From Bacteroidales bacterium UBA3724 (GTDB lineage Bacteria > Bacteroidota > Bacteroidia > Bacteroidales > P3): a stretch of DNA of 64,000 nt. The position numbers were made by a program, and so were the translations under genes. The stretch covers positions 5,742 to 69,741 of the forward strand of contig DFHL01000013.1 in NCBI GenBank assembly GCA_002371315.1, given 5' to 3'. Shown here piece by piece: positions 35,038 through 44,463 of the stretch. The stretch's first letter is position 1. Every line of letters starts with the position of its first letter. The notes below the pieces were generated by a model that saw only the letters and a list, made by a program, of their open reading frames with translations, was not told the DNA's origin and searched no databases.

Positions 35038-36900
35038 ATGGAAACAAAACTCGAACTGCTGGCACCGGCGAAAAACGCCGAGCAAGGCATCGCGGCCATC
35101 AACCACGGTGCCGATGCCGTTTATATCGGTGCGCCGCTGTTTGGCGCACGGGCGGCGGCTGGCAACAGCATCGACGACATCGACAAGCTGGTAAAATGTG
35201 CGCACCTATTTGGTTCCAAAGTCTTTGCAACAGTAAACACACTCCTTTTCGACAACGAACTCGAAGCAGCAAGGCAAATGATATGGACACTCTACGACAC
35301 TGGCGTAGACGCTATCATTATGCAAGATATGGGCCTATTGGAGATGGATCTTCCGCCCATCGAACTACACGCATCGACACAGACCCACAACATCGACCCT
35401 CAACGCGTAAAGTTCTTGGAACAAGTGGGTTTCAAGCGCATCATATTGGCTCGCGAAACATCGCTAAAGCAGATGGCCGAGCTACGCAAAGAGACCACTG
35501 CCGACCTCGAAGCATTCGTCCAAGGGGCCCTGTGCGTATGCTACAGCGGACAGTGCTATATGAGTCTGTATCTTGACAGACAGCGCAATAAAGCCTGCGA
35601 CACTCCACGCAGCGGCAATCGTGGCAGCTGCACGCAACCCTGCCGTGCCGCATACGATCTTGTTAACGGTCAGGGCGAAGTGCTTCGCAAAAACGAGCAC
35701 CTGCTTTCATTAAAGGATTTTTCTGCCGCGCAGAGCATTGAATCTATGATAGATGTAGGCATCACTTCGTTCAAAATCGAAGGACGCCTCAAAGACATCT
35801 CATACGTAAAGAATGTTACCGGCTACTACCGTCAGCTGCTCGACAGCATAATGGCCCGACGTGAAGGGCTGAAGCCAGCCTCGTCGGGGTCTACACGACT
35901 GTTTTTTACGCCAGATCTGGAACGCACTTTCAACCGTGGCTTCACCGACTATTTCCTGAACAGTCGCAAGCCAATGGCATCATACGCAACTCAGAAGTCG
36001 CTGGGCAAGATGATAGGAACTATTGTTTCCGGCAACGGCAACACTCTTGTTATCAACAGTAAAGATTCCTTGACTGCTGGCGATGGCATCTGCTTTTTCA
36101 ATGACGAGAAGCAGATTGAAGGATTCCTTGTCAACCACGTGAACGGCAATCGCATCACAGCCAACAAGTCACTGAACATCAGCAAAGGGACACAACTGTG
36201 GCGCAACAACGACTTCGCATTCGAAAAGCAGCTGCAAGGCAACACATCGGAACGCAAGATTGCTGTTTCTATGACACTTGCAGAGACAGCCGATGGATTA
36301 AGCCTGACGATTACGGACGAAGACGGTATAGAAGCATCTGCCGCTGTCGAATGCACAAAAGAGCCAGCCCGCAACGAAACAAGAGCAAAAGAAACCATTA
36401 TCGCGCAACTATCGAAACTGGGCGGTACGCCTTTTGAAACCAGCAATATAACCATCGAAACACGACAGCAGTATTTCCTGCCAGCATCAATGCTGAACGA
36501 ATTGCGACGCAAAGCCGTAGAAGAACTGAAGACAAAACGCATCACGGCCAATAGACCTACAGACACAATCCTTGCTCTCGACGACATACCCTACTTCCAG
36601 ACCACCGTCGACGGACGCACCAACATCGTCAACGACAAAGCCGAGGCCTTCTACCGCCGACACGGCGTAACTACCATAGAACGAGGACCCGACCAGCCGG
36701 GAGTCGAATTCAAAGACGACTTTCCGCTGATGACAACCAAGTACTGCCTGCGCTACGAACTGGGCCAATGCCTGATGCACAAGTGCAACAAAACCGTCAG
36801 CCCCGACTATGCCAGCGACCTGTTCCTTTACAACAACGGCAACAAGTTCAGACTGTCGTTCGACTGCAAAAAATGCGAAATGCAAATACATAAATCGTAA
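35038..36900 (+). CDS. peptidase U32 family protein (long RlhA/YdcP-like form)
   Basis: 620 aa. N-terminal LELLAPAKN...GADAVYIG and the E..VQGALCVCYSGQCYMS motif of the U32 family, plus a long C-terminal extension. Confidence 0.82.
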   Translation: METKLELLAPAKNAEQGIAAINHGADAVYIGAPLFGARAAAGNSIDDIDKLVKCAHLFGSKVFATVNTLLFDNELEAARQMIWTLYDTGVDAIIMQDMGLLEMDLPPIELHASTQTHNIDPQRVKFLEQVGFKRIILARETSLKQMAELRKETTADLEAFVQGALCVCYSGQCYMSLYLDRQRNKACDTPRSGNRGSCTQPCRAAYDLVNGQGEVLRKNEHLLSLKDFSAAQSIESMIDVGITSFKIEGRLKDISYVKNVTGYYRQLLDSIMARREGLKPASSGSTRLFFTPDLERTFNRGFTDYFLNSRKPMASYATQKSLGKMIGTIVSGNGNTLVINSKDSLTAGDGICFFNDEKQIEGFLVNHVNGNRITANKSLNISKGTQLWRNNDFAFEKQLQGNTSERKIAVSMTLAETADGLSLTITDEDGIEASAAVECTKEPARNETRAKETIIAQLSKLGGTPFETSNITIETRQQYFLPASMLNELRRKAVEELKTKRITANRPTDTILALDDIPYFQTTVDGRTNIVNDKAEAFYRRHGVTTIERGPDQPGVEFKDDFPLMTTKYCLRYELGQCLMHKCNKTVSPDYASDLFLYNNGNKFRLSFDCKKCEMQIHKS

Positions 36901-36903
36901 TAT

Positions 36904-37602
36904 ATGTTCGTAGAAATATGCTGTAATTCTGTGCTTTCCGCATCTAACGCCAAACGCGGCGGAGCATACCGCATAGAGCTGTGCCAAGCTCTGGGCGAAG
37001 GAGGCACAACACCGTCGGCAGCGGCCATAGAATACTGCGTCAAAGAGCTGAATCTACACACACGCGTGCTGATACGGCCTCGTGGCGGCAATTTCGTTTA
37101 CGACGATGCAGAAATGCGAGTCATTCTGCGCGACATCGAGTTGGCCCACAGGCTCGGAGCGAACGCCGTAGTGATTGGATTCCTTACGCCAGATGGCGAC
37201 ATAGACATAATGAAGACACGTCAAGCGGTAGAAGCTGCTAACGGTATGGATATCACATTTCACCGTGCCTTCGACGAATGCTGCAATCCCGAAGAAGCCT
37301 TGGAGCAGATCATCGACTGCGGATGCAACAAGCTGCTGACCTCGGGTTGCGCACCTACAGCACTGGAGGGCAAAGAGATGCTCAAAAAACTGCTCAAACA
37401 AGCCAACAGACGTATAGACATAATCGGAGCAGCAGGAATCACCGCCGACAACGTACATCAATTAGTATGGGATACAGGCCTTTACGAAGTCCACGGTTCA
37501 CTTAAGCATACCGTCGACGGACTTACCTGCACAGACACCGACCAAGTGCGTGAATTTATGAAAATCACTGACGATTTTCCAAATTATCCACCATTCAATT
37601 GA
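36904..37602 (+). CDS. cutC: copper homeostasis protein CutC
   Basis: 232 aa. MFVEICCNSV...RIELCQALGEGGTTPS...FHRAFD motifs. Confidence 0.88.
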   Translation: MFVEICCNSVLSASNAKRGGAYRIELCQALGEGGTTPSAAAIEYCVKELNLHTRVLIRPRGGNFVYDDAEMRVILRDIELAHRLGANAVVIGFLTPDGDIDIMKTRQAVEAANGMDITFHRAFDECCNPEEALEQIIDCGCNKLLTSGCAPTALEGKEMLKKLLKQANRRIDIIGAAGITADNVHQLVWDTGLYEVHGSLKHTVDGLTCTDTDQVREFMKITDDFPNYPPFN

Positions 37603-37619
37603 AACAAAACAACTTTAAT

Positions 37620-40310
37620 ATGAAAGCTAAATTACTCATTCCAACGTTATTATTGACTCTTTTAGCCACCTCGTGCCACAAGGAGAAACATTTCATCACC
37701 GACAAAGAATATCGCGCGCAGGTTCACGACGACTACGTCAACCGGCAGCAGATGGCGGCAGGACGCGCCGACGTCCTTTTTGGCGGAATGGACACACTCG
37801 ACACAGAGACGCGCGAAGCCTTGGAATTCCTCTACGCCTATATGCCCTACAGCGACCTGGCCGACTACGACCAAACCTTTTACTTGCAGCAGATTAGAGC
37901 CGCATTCAAGGCACGCGAAGAGTTCAGCTGGGGCAAAAAGATTCCCGAAGACATCTTCCGCCACTTTGTTCTCGTCTATCGCGTTAATAACGAGAATCTT
38001 GACACAGCACGACTATTGATGCAGCGCGAACTGAAACCGCGAGTCGAAGGCCTTTCGATGTACGAGGCCGCCCTCGAGGTCAACCACTGGTGCCACGAGT
38101 ATGTTGCCTACCGCGCCAGCGACGGCCGTACCTCAGCCCCGCTGGCCACAATGCGCACATCATTAGGCCGTTGCGGTGAGGAATCAACCTTCGCTGTCAC
38201 CGCCCTGCGCAGCGTCGGTATCCCCGCACGCCAATGTTATACGCCCCGCTGGGCCCACTGCGACGACAACCACGCCTGGGTCGAAGTCTACATCCCCGAC
38301 AGCAACCGCTGGTACTTCCTCGGTGCCTGCGAGCCCGACCCCGAACTGGATATGGGCTGGTTTGCAGTACCTTCCACACGTTGTATGATGGTCCACAGCA
38401 AAGCCTTTGGCCGCTACAAAGGCGATGAAGAGGTTGTGAAACAGACCGCGTTGTACAGCGAACTGAACCTTCTGAGCCACTACGCCCCGACAAAGAAAGC
38501 CACAGTGCGCGTTTTTGACGCAAACAACAAGGCCGTCGAGGGTGCTGACGTAAAGTTTAAACTATACAATTACAGCGAATTCTACACCCTCGCAACAATA
38601 AAGACCGACAAAAACGGCATCGCCCAGCTAACCACAGGCCTTGGCGACCTGCAGATATGGGCTACCGACGGGCAGAATTACAATTACGTGATGATGGATG
38701 TCCGCAAGCAAGACACTGTAAACATATATCTTACGCGCGAAGCAGGCACAGAATACACCGAAATGGCCGACGTTGTTCCCCCGGTTGCCGGCGAGGCCAA
38801 GGTGACACCCTCCAAAGAGAAAGCCGACCGCAACGCAAAACGATTGGAATATGAGGATTCCGTCCGCGGCGCATACGTTGCGACGTTCCCGACAAAAGAA
38901 AACTACAAAAACCTGCTGAAACCCAACAAAAACCTTACCGACGAGCAAGCTTGGGATGTGATTCACAAGGCCGAAGGAAACTATGAAGAAATCGCCAAAT
39001 TCATAAACAATCACGCAGACGAAAACATTGCCGTAAACACAACAATAATAGCAGGAGAACGCGAAGGAAACATCGCTTGCAACCATCTCTACAATTACCT
39101 CAAGACCTTCAGCGACAAAGATATGCGTGACATTTCGGCCGAAACTCTCGAGTCGCATTGGCGTAAACCTGCAATATCCTGCATTATGGAGACCTACGAT
39201 GAATTCTATGTCAAAGGCCTTATGCCTGCCCGCATCAGCAACGAGATGGTGCGTCCCTGGCGCCAGTTCCTGGCAGAAAAACTAACCGACATTAAGGATG
39301 CCAACAGTCTGATAGTATGGACGAAAGAAAACATATTGGTCGACGATACCGGCAACTACTACAACTGTCCCATTTCGCCCCATGGCGTATATGAGCTGCG
39401 CCACAGCGACCGCCACAGCCGCGACTTTTTCTTCGTTGCCGCCTGCCGCTCGATTGGCATTCCGGCCTATCTCGACAACGCCACCAACACCATATACGTC
39501 TGCGACGGCGACGCTGAAAAGCTCTGGAAGAAAGGCAAATGGGTCAAAGTGTCGTTTGAAGAGGACACCGAAGTGCAACCAACCGCCAAACTGACGTTGA
39601 CATACAAACCCACCAAAGAGCTGGCCAAACCTGTCTACTGGCCACACTTCACGATAGCAAAATACGAGAATGGCGACTTCGTCACCTTCGACTTCGAAGG
39701 CGATCCGCGTATGGACATATTCCCTGCGACAATCAACTTGGAACCAGGCTACTATCGCCTGATGACCGGCAACCGCTACCCCGAAGGTGACGTACTGACC
39801 AAAACGGAATATTTCACAGTCAAAGAAGGTCAAACAGTGTCTAAAGAAATCATTCTAAGACCTTTGACCGACCGCAGCGCAAAAGCCGCCGCAAGCATCG
39901 ACCCAAACCAGGAAATCATCGCCGATATGGCCACCTTGGCCGACTATGCCGGCGAAACAGGGATGCTGTTCATCTTCGTGGGCGACTACAAGGAGCCCAG
40001 CAAGCACCTGATCAAAGAGATGCAAGCCCTTGAAAAAGAGTACAAAGCCTGGGGCGGAATGACCTACCTTGTAGCACCGGCATCGGCCAAGCCCGTCAGT
40101 TTCGGTCTGCCCAACGCCGACTGCATCATTCGCGAAGCTGTCGACAAAGACCCGTTCGAGACACAGATTCTCAATGCTTTGAAGCTCGACCTGAAGAATG
40201 ACTACCCGCTCGTCGCACTTGTCAACAAACGCGGCGAGATCCTCTTCCACAGCCACGGTTATTCCATAGGCCTGGCCGAACAAATACTAAAAAGAACAAA
40301 AAAGAACTAA
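37620..40310 (+). CDS. transglutaminase-domain lipoprotein with C-terminal thioredoxin-like fold
   Basis: Lipobox LLATSC. Transglutaminase core GRCGEESTFAVTALRSVGIPAR...DNHAWVEVY. C-terminal region resembles a TlpA-like fold without CxxC. Start chosen at ATG 37620 (the track uses TTG at 37599). Confidence 0.75.
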   Translation: MKAKLLIPTLLLTLLATSCHKEKHFITDKEYRAQVHDDYVNRQQMAAGRADVLFGGMDTLDTETREALEFLYAYMPYSDLADYDQTFYLQQIRAAFKAREEFSWGKKIPEDIFRHFVLVYRVNNENLDTARLLMQRELKPRVEGLSMYEAALEVNHWCHEYVAYRASDGRTSAPLATMRTSLGRCGEESTFAVTALRSVGIPARQCYTPRWAHCDDNHAWVEVYIPDSNRWYFLGACEPDPELDMGWFAVPSTRCMMVHSKAFGRYKGDEEVVKQTALYSELNLLSHYAPTKKATVRVFDANNKAVEGADVKFKLYNYSEFYTLATIKTDKNGIAQLTTGLGDLQIWATDGQNYNYVMMDVRKQDTVNIYLTREAGTEYTEMADVVPPVAGEAKVTPSKEKADRNAKRLEYEDSVRGAYVATFPTKENYKNLLKPNKNLTDEQAWDVIHKAEGNYEEIAKFINNHADENIAVNTTIIAGEREGNIACNHLYNYLKTFSDKDMRDISAETLESHWRKPAISCIMETYDEFYVKGLMPARISNEMVRPWRQFLAEKLTDIKDANSLIVWTKENILVDDTGNYYNCPISPHGVYELRHSDRHSRDFFFVAACRSIGIPAYLDNATNTIYVCDGDAEKLWKKGKWVKVSFEEDTEVQPTAKLTLTYKPTKELAKPVYWPHFTIAKYENGDFVTFDFEGDPRMDIFPATINLEPGYYRLMTGNRYPEGDVLTKTEYFTVKEGQTVSKEIILRPLTDRSAKAAASIDPNQEIIADMATLADYAGETGMLFIFVGDYKEPSKHLIKEMQALEKEYKAWGGMTYLVAPASAKPVSFGLPNADCIIREAVDKDPFETQILNALKLDLKNDYPLVALVNKRGEILFHSHGYSIGLAEQILKRTKKN

Positions 40311-40436
40311 CACATTTTAAAATAAATGCGTATTTTTGCATTCATTAATTTGGCGGACAACGATTGTTTTGTTCGTCAAAAATACGCGTAATCAATATAA
40401 TACATAAATCTACAAACTTCAAAACACCTAAAGAAT

Positions 40437-42305
40437 ATGTGTGGAATAGTAGGATACATCGGGGAACAGGAAGCCTATCCCATATTGATAAAAGGGCTTC
40501 ACAGACTTGAATACCGTGGATACGACAGCGCGGGAGTATCGATGATCAACGCCAAGGGCGAACTGTCTGTCTATAAGTCAAAAGGCAAGGTTTCGGCACT
40601 CGAGGCCTCGGTCGAAGACAAAGACGTCAGCGGCACCATCGGCATAGCCCACACCCGCTGGGCCACCCACGGCGAACCCAACGCCACCAACGCCCATCCC
40701 CACTTCTCGCAGTCGAAAAACCTATCCTTGGTACACAACGGCATCATCGAGAACTACAAGGCCCTGCGCGCCGAGATGGAAAAACACGGAATGACATTCT
40801 GCAGCGAGACCGACACCGAAGTGCTGGTACAACTGGTTGAATATACACAGAATACACACAACTGCGACCTCTACACCGCCACACAGCTGGCCCTGAAGAG
40901 CGTCATCGGTGCCTACGCCATCGCCATCCTCGACAAACGCAACCCCGACCAGCTGATCTGCGCCCGCAAAGGCAGTCCGCTCATCATCGGCGTGGGCAGC
41001 CACAACGGCGAAGAAAACGGCAAAGCCGAGTTCTTCCTCGGCAGCGACGCAACGCCAATCATCGAGTACACAAACCAGGTCATCTACCTTCAGGACGAGG
41101 AAATCGCCATTATGAACCGCAACGGAGACCTGAAAATCACCAACCTTAGCAACGTCAAGCAGACCCCCCAGCTGGTGACACTGCAGATGAACCTCGACGA
41201 GCTGGAGAAAGGCGGCTACGCCCACTTTATGCTCAAGGAAATCTACGAACAGCCGGCAGCAATGCGCATCTGCACCAAAGGCCGACTGAATATCGTCGAC
41301 AAAGACGTGCTGCTGAGCGGCATCATCGACCACAAAGAGAAATTCGTCAACGCACGCCGCATCATCATCTGCGCCTGCGGAACCTCCTGGCACTCAGCGC
41401 TCATCGGCAAATACTTCATCGAAGAAGCCGCCCAGATACCCGTCGAGGTGGAATACGCCTCCGAGTTCCGCTACCGCAACCCCGTCATCTTCCCCGACGA
41501 CGTGGTGATAGCCGTCTCGCAGTCGGGCGAAACCGCCGACACCCTGGCCGCCATCCAGCTGGCCAAGAGCAAGGGCGCCTTCCTGTACGGAATTTGCAAC
41601 GTAATCGGCTCCTCAATCCCCCGCGCCACCGACAGCGGCACATACCTCCACGTCGGTCCCGAAATCGGCGTAGCGTCGACAAAAGCCTTCACCGGACAGG
41701 TGATAACCCTCATAATGCTCGGTCTGGCCATCGCCAAGGAGAAAAAGACCCTCAGCGACGAAATGTTCCATATGCTCGTCAACGAACTCCAGATGATTCC
41801 CGACAAGATGCAGTGGACCCTCGACCACAACAAGGGCATCGACCAGTTTGCCCAGATGTTCACCTACGCCCGCAACTTCATCTATCTGGGACGCGGCTAC
41901 AACTACCCCGTCGCAATGGAAGGAGCCCTGAAACTGAAGGAAATCAGCTACATCCACGCCGAAGGCTATCCCGCCGCCGAAATGAAGCACGGCCCCATAG
42001 CCCTCATCGACGAAGAGATGCCCGTTGTCGTCATAGCCCCCAAACGCGGTATGTACGACAAAATCGTCAGCAACATACAGGAAATCAAGTCGCGCAAAGG
42101 CAAGATTATCAGCGTCGTGACCGAAGGCGACACCATCGTCAAGGGAATGAGCGACTACTGCTTCGAAATCCCCGACACACGCGACTGCTACGTGCCGCTG
42201 CTGGCCATCCTGCCGCTGCAGCTCCTCTCCTACTACGTGGCCATCGCCAAAGGCCGCAATGTCGACCAGCCGCGCAACCTGGCCAAATCGGTCACCGTCG
42301 AATAG
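40437..42305 (+). CDS. glmS: glutamine--fructose-6-phosphate aminotransferase
   Basis: 622 aa. MCGIVGY N-terminus, two SIS domains, C-terminal PRNLAKSVTVE. Confidence 0.97.
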   Translation: MCGIVGYIGEQEAYPILIKGLHRLEYRGYDSAGVSMINAKGELSVYKSKGKVSALEASVEDKDVSGTIGIAHTRWATHGEPNATNAHPHFSQSKNLSLVHNGIIENYKALRAEMEKHGMTFCSETDTEVLVQLVEYTQNTHNCDLYTATQLALKSVIGAYAIAILDKRNPDQLICARKGSPLIIGVGSHNGEENGKAEFFLGSDATPIIEYTNQVIYLQDEEIAIMNRNGDLKITNLSNVKQTPQLVTLQMNLDELEKGGYAHFMLKEIYEQPAAMRICTKGRLNIVDKDVLLSGIIDHKEKFVNARRIIICACGTSWHSALIGKYFIEEAAQIPVEVEYASEFRYRNPVIFPDDVVIAVSQSGETADTLAAIQLAKSKGAFLYGICNVIGSSIPRATDSGTYLHVGPEIGVASTKAFTGQVITLIMLGLAIAKEKKTLSDEMFHMLVNELQMIPDKMQWTLDHNKGIDQFAQMFTYARNFIYLGRGYNYPVAMEGALKLKEISYIHAEGYPAAEMKHGPIALIDEEMPVVVIAPKRGMYDKIVSNIQEIKSRKGKIISVVTEGDTIVKGMSDYCFEIPDTRDCYVPLLAILPLQLLSYYVAIAKGRNVDQPRNLAKSVTVE

Positions 42306-42326
42306 GCCAACCCTACGAAAAGAAAA

Positions 42327-42354
42327 AGCCGGAGCATAAGCTTCGGCTTTTTTT
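42327..42354 (+). terminator. rho-independent terminator of glmS
   Basis: AGCCGGAG-cataag-CTTCGGCT followed by TTTTTTT. Confidence 0.65.
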
Positions 42355-42355
42355 G

Positions 42356-42428
42356 TGACCACGCTGGGGCTCGAACCCAGGACCCCATCCTTAAAAGGGA
42401 TGTGCTCTACCTGCTGAGCTACGTAGTC
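42356..42428 (-). tRNA. tRNA-Lys (anticodon UUU)
   Basis: The reverse complement GACTACGTAGCTCAGCAGGTAGAGCACATCCCTTTTAAGGATGGGGTCCTGGGTTCGAGCCCCAGCGTGGTCA folds as a 73-nt cloverleaf with anticodon loop CTTTTAA. Confidence 0.93.
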
Positions 42429-42449
42429 TGCGAAAACGACATTTACCAG

Positions 42450-42522
42450 TGACCACGCTGGGGCTCGAACCCAGGACCCCATCCTTAAAAGGGATGTGCT
42501 CTACCTGCTGAGCTACGTAGTC
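42450..42522 (-). tRNA. tRNA-Lys (anticodon UUU), identical second copy
   Basis: Same 73-nt sequence as 42356-42428, separated from it by a 21-nt spacer. Confidence 0.93.
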
Positions 42523-42554
42523 AACGCCTTATTTTTACCCTCAAATTGAGTTTG

Positions 42555-42585
42555 CAAAAGTACTACTTTTTTGCGAACTGGCAAA
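42555..42585 (-). promoter_or_regulatory. Bacteroidetes-type promoter for the tRNA-Lys pair
   Basis: On the minus strand: TTTG, 19-nt spacer, TACTTTTG. The -7 box ends 33 nt before the mature tRNA 5' end. Confidence 0.55.
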
Positions 42586-42860
42586 AAAAAATTCGCATTG
42601 TTCCAAACCACGCGCGCTATACAGATAATTATCAGATACATACAACCAAGCGAAAAGAAATCTTTTCTTTTTTAAAACCAGCCGTAAATCATCGCCCGGG
42701 GTCGGAAACGAGCAAAATGGAACAGGAAAAAACAGATATTTCGGCACCGATTATGCTGTGCTCCAGCCGCGGAACGACAACCGTCGCGAGGCACAACCCG
42801 ACGCCGCGGCGACGAATTGCCCAGCGGCACAAAATCGCGCCCTAAACGGCCCTTTGCAAA

Positions 42861-43055
42861 GCTGGAAACACGCCCCTAAAATTGTTAATAACTTCATTCA
42901 AAAACGGCCAAAAAAGAGCCAAAAATGCCGTTTTGCAACTGCCTGTTTTCCAGGCACCATCTTCTTACCAAATTCTACCCAAGTTCTTATCAAATTCTAC
43001 CCATATTTTACCACAGTAGAAGATGGTCAGAAATTGTTAATAACTTTTCAAGAAT
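42861..43055 (-). repeat. dispersed intergenic element, copy 3 (inverted relative to copy 2)
   Basis: The reverse complement matches copy 2 with 9 mismatches over the ~125-nt core by hand alignment. Bracketed by AAATTGTTAATAACTT at 42878 and 43031. Confidence 0.85.
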
Positions 43056-43213
43056 TTGACCCAGCGAATGGTCTCAGCAGCGGCAACCGGAAGCAAAACA
43101 AGTCTGGCAGAACGGCAGGCAAAGCAGGACTGCATAAAGGCCGTTTAGGATATTGTGAGCATAGCAATAACCATCATATTATCAATATATTACCATCAAA
43201 ATAAAATAAAAAT

Positions 43214-43244
43214 TTTGCCATTTCGGCGAATATATGTATCTTTG
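43214..43244 (+). promoter_or_regulatory. Bacteroidetes-type promoter
   Basis: TTTG (43214-43217), 19-nt spacer, TATCTTTG (43237-43244). It lies 44 nt upstream of the ATG at 43288. Confidence 0.5.
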
Positions 43245-43287
43245 TAAACTTTTAGGCATCAAACTACGAACCAAAAATATTTGAAAA

Positions 43288-43701
43288 ATGGAGTATTCAA
43301 TTGAGATAAAGAAAGGCCTGGGCAGCGTCCTGTTCGGTATGCCGGTCGAAGAAGTGGTAGCCCTGCTCGGCGAGGCCGAAGAGGTGGAATGCGTGGACAA
43401 TGCGGCCGACGAGACGACGACCATCCTGCACTACGAAGACGGCGCCCTGACGCTGTTTTTCGAAGGCGAAAACCCGACGCTGGAGTGCATCGACCTTTCG
43501 GTGGACAATGCGACGCTGTTTGGCAACAACGTTTTCGATATGAACGAGAAAGAGATTGTTCAGCTGATGGTGAAGAACAACTATTTCGAGCAGGATGCCG
43601 ACGAGGAGGCCTGGGGCGAACGCCGCATTTCGTTCGGCGAAGGCAATATCGACTTTTTCTTTGAGGACGACGAACTGCTTGCCGTCGTTTTCGGAAGCTG
43701 A
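43288..43701 (+). CDS. hypothetical acidic cytoplasmic protein
   Basis: 137-aa ORF with a promoter directly upstream. No family recognised. Confidence 0.55.
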   Translation: MEYSIEIKKGLGSVLFGMPVEEVVALLGEAEEVECVDNAADETTTILHYEDGALTLFFEGENPTLECIDLSVDNATLFGNNVFDMNEKEIVQLMVKNNYFEQDADEEAWGERRISFGEGNIDFFFEDDELLAVVFGS

Positions 43702-43711
43702 ACAGCCACAG

Positions 43712-44338
43712 ATGAACACACACGCCGCGCTCTTCCCTACCGCCTATTTCCCGTCAATTCCGCTGATGGCCGCTATGGCACAGGCCGAAGTCATCACGAT
43801 TGAAACCAACGAAAGTTTCCCCAAACAGACCCACCGCAACCGCTGCGTCATCCCCACCGCTAACGGCCCGATGACGCTTTCGGTGCCCGTCCTTCGCCCC
43901 AACGGCACGCACACGCGCACCTGCGACATCGGCATCAGCTATGCCGAAAAATGGAACGTCGTCCACTGGCGAGCCATCGAGTCGGCCTACAACTCGTCGC
44001 CTTTCTTCCTCTACTACCGCGACGAAATCGAGCGCATATTAACCTCAAGGCACAACTCGCTGCTGCAGCTCAACGAGGAAATACTGCGGTTCCTTTTGAA
44101 AAAAATCAGGCTCGAGCGCCCAATTGAATACACAACCTCATACCTCAAACCCGGCGAAATCGAGCAGGACTTCCGCGACCGATATTCGTACAAGCATCCC
44201 GAAAACAATCCGGCCTGTCCGCAATACAGCCAGGTGTTCGGCGACAGGTACCCCTTCGACTGCAATGTGAGCATCCTCGACACACTTTTCAATTTAGGCC
44301 CTGAAACAAAGGACTATCTGTCCACTATCAGCATCTAA
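43712..44338 (+). CDS. WbqC-like family protein
   Basis: LFPTAYFPSIPLMAAM...ESFPKQTHRNRCVI...GPMTLSVPV...EKWNVVHWRAIESAYNSSPFF is typical of the WbqC family. Start chosen at ATG 43712. Confidence 0.7.
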   Translation: MNTHAALFPTAYFPSIPLMAAMAQAEVITIETNESFPKQTHRNRCVIPTANGPMTLSVPVLRPNGTHTRTCDIGISYAEKWNVVHWRAIESAYNSSPFFLYYRDEIERILTSRHNSLLQLNEEILRFLLKKIRLERPIEYTTSYLKPGEIEQDFRDRYSYKHPENNPACPQYSQVFGDRYPFDCNVSILDTLFNLGPETKDYLSTISI

Positions 44339-44402
44339 ACATCATAGTCTATGATGTTTAGGACCAAAATCGCCCATTTTGGACACCAAAACCAACAAAA
44401 AG

Positions 44403-44439
44403 AGGCTGTAAATATCATAGACTATGGTATTTACAGCCT
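44403..44439 (-). terminator. rho-independent terminator of mnmG
   Basis: 12-bp stem AGGCTGTAAATA/TATTTACAGCCT. On the minus strand it is followed by CTCTTTTTG. Confidence 0.6.
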
Positions 44440-44455
44440 TGTTTCACGGGAAACA
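44439..44455. promoter_or_regulatory. GTTTCAC-N2-GAAAC palindrome (imperfect copy)
   Basis: ttgtttcacGGgaaaca has one mismatch to the perfect palindrome at 46383. Confidence 0.25.
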
Positions 44456-44463
44456 TTGCACGG

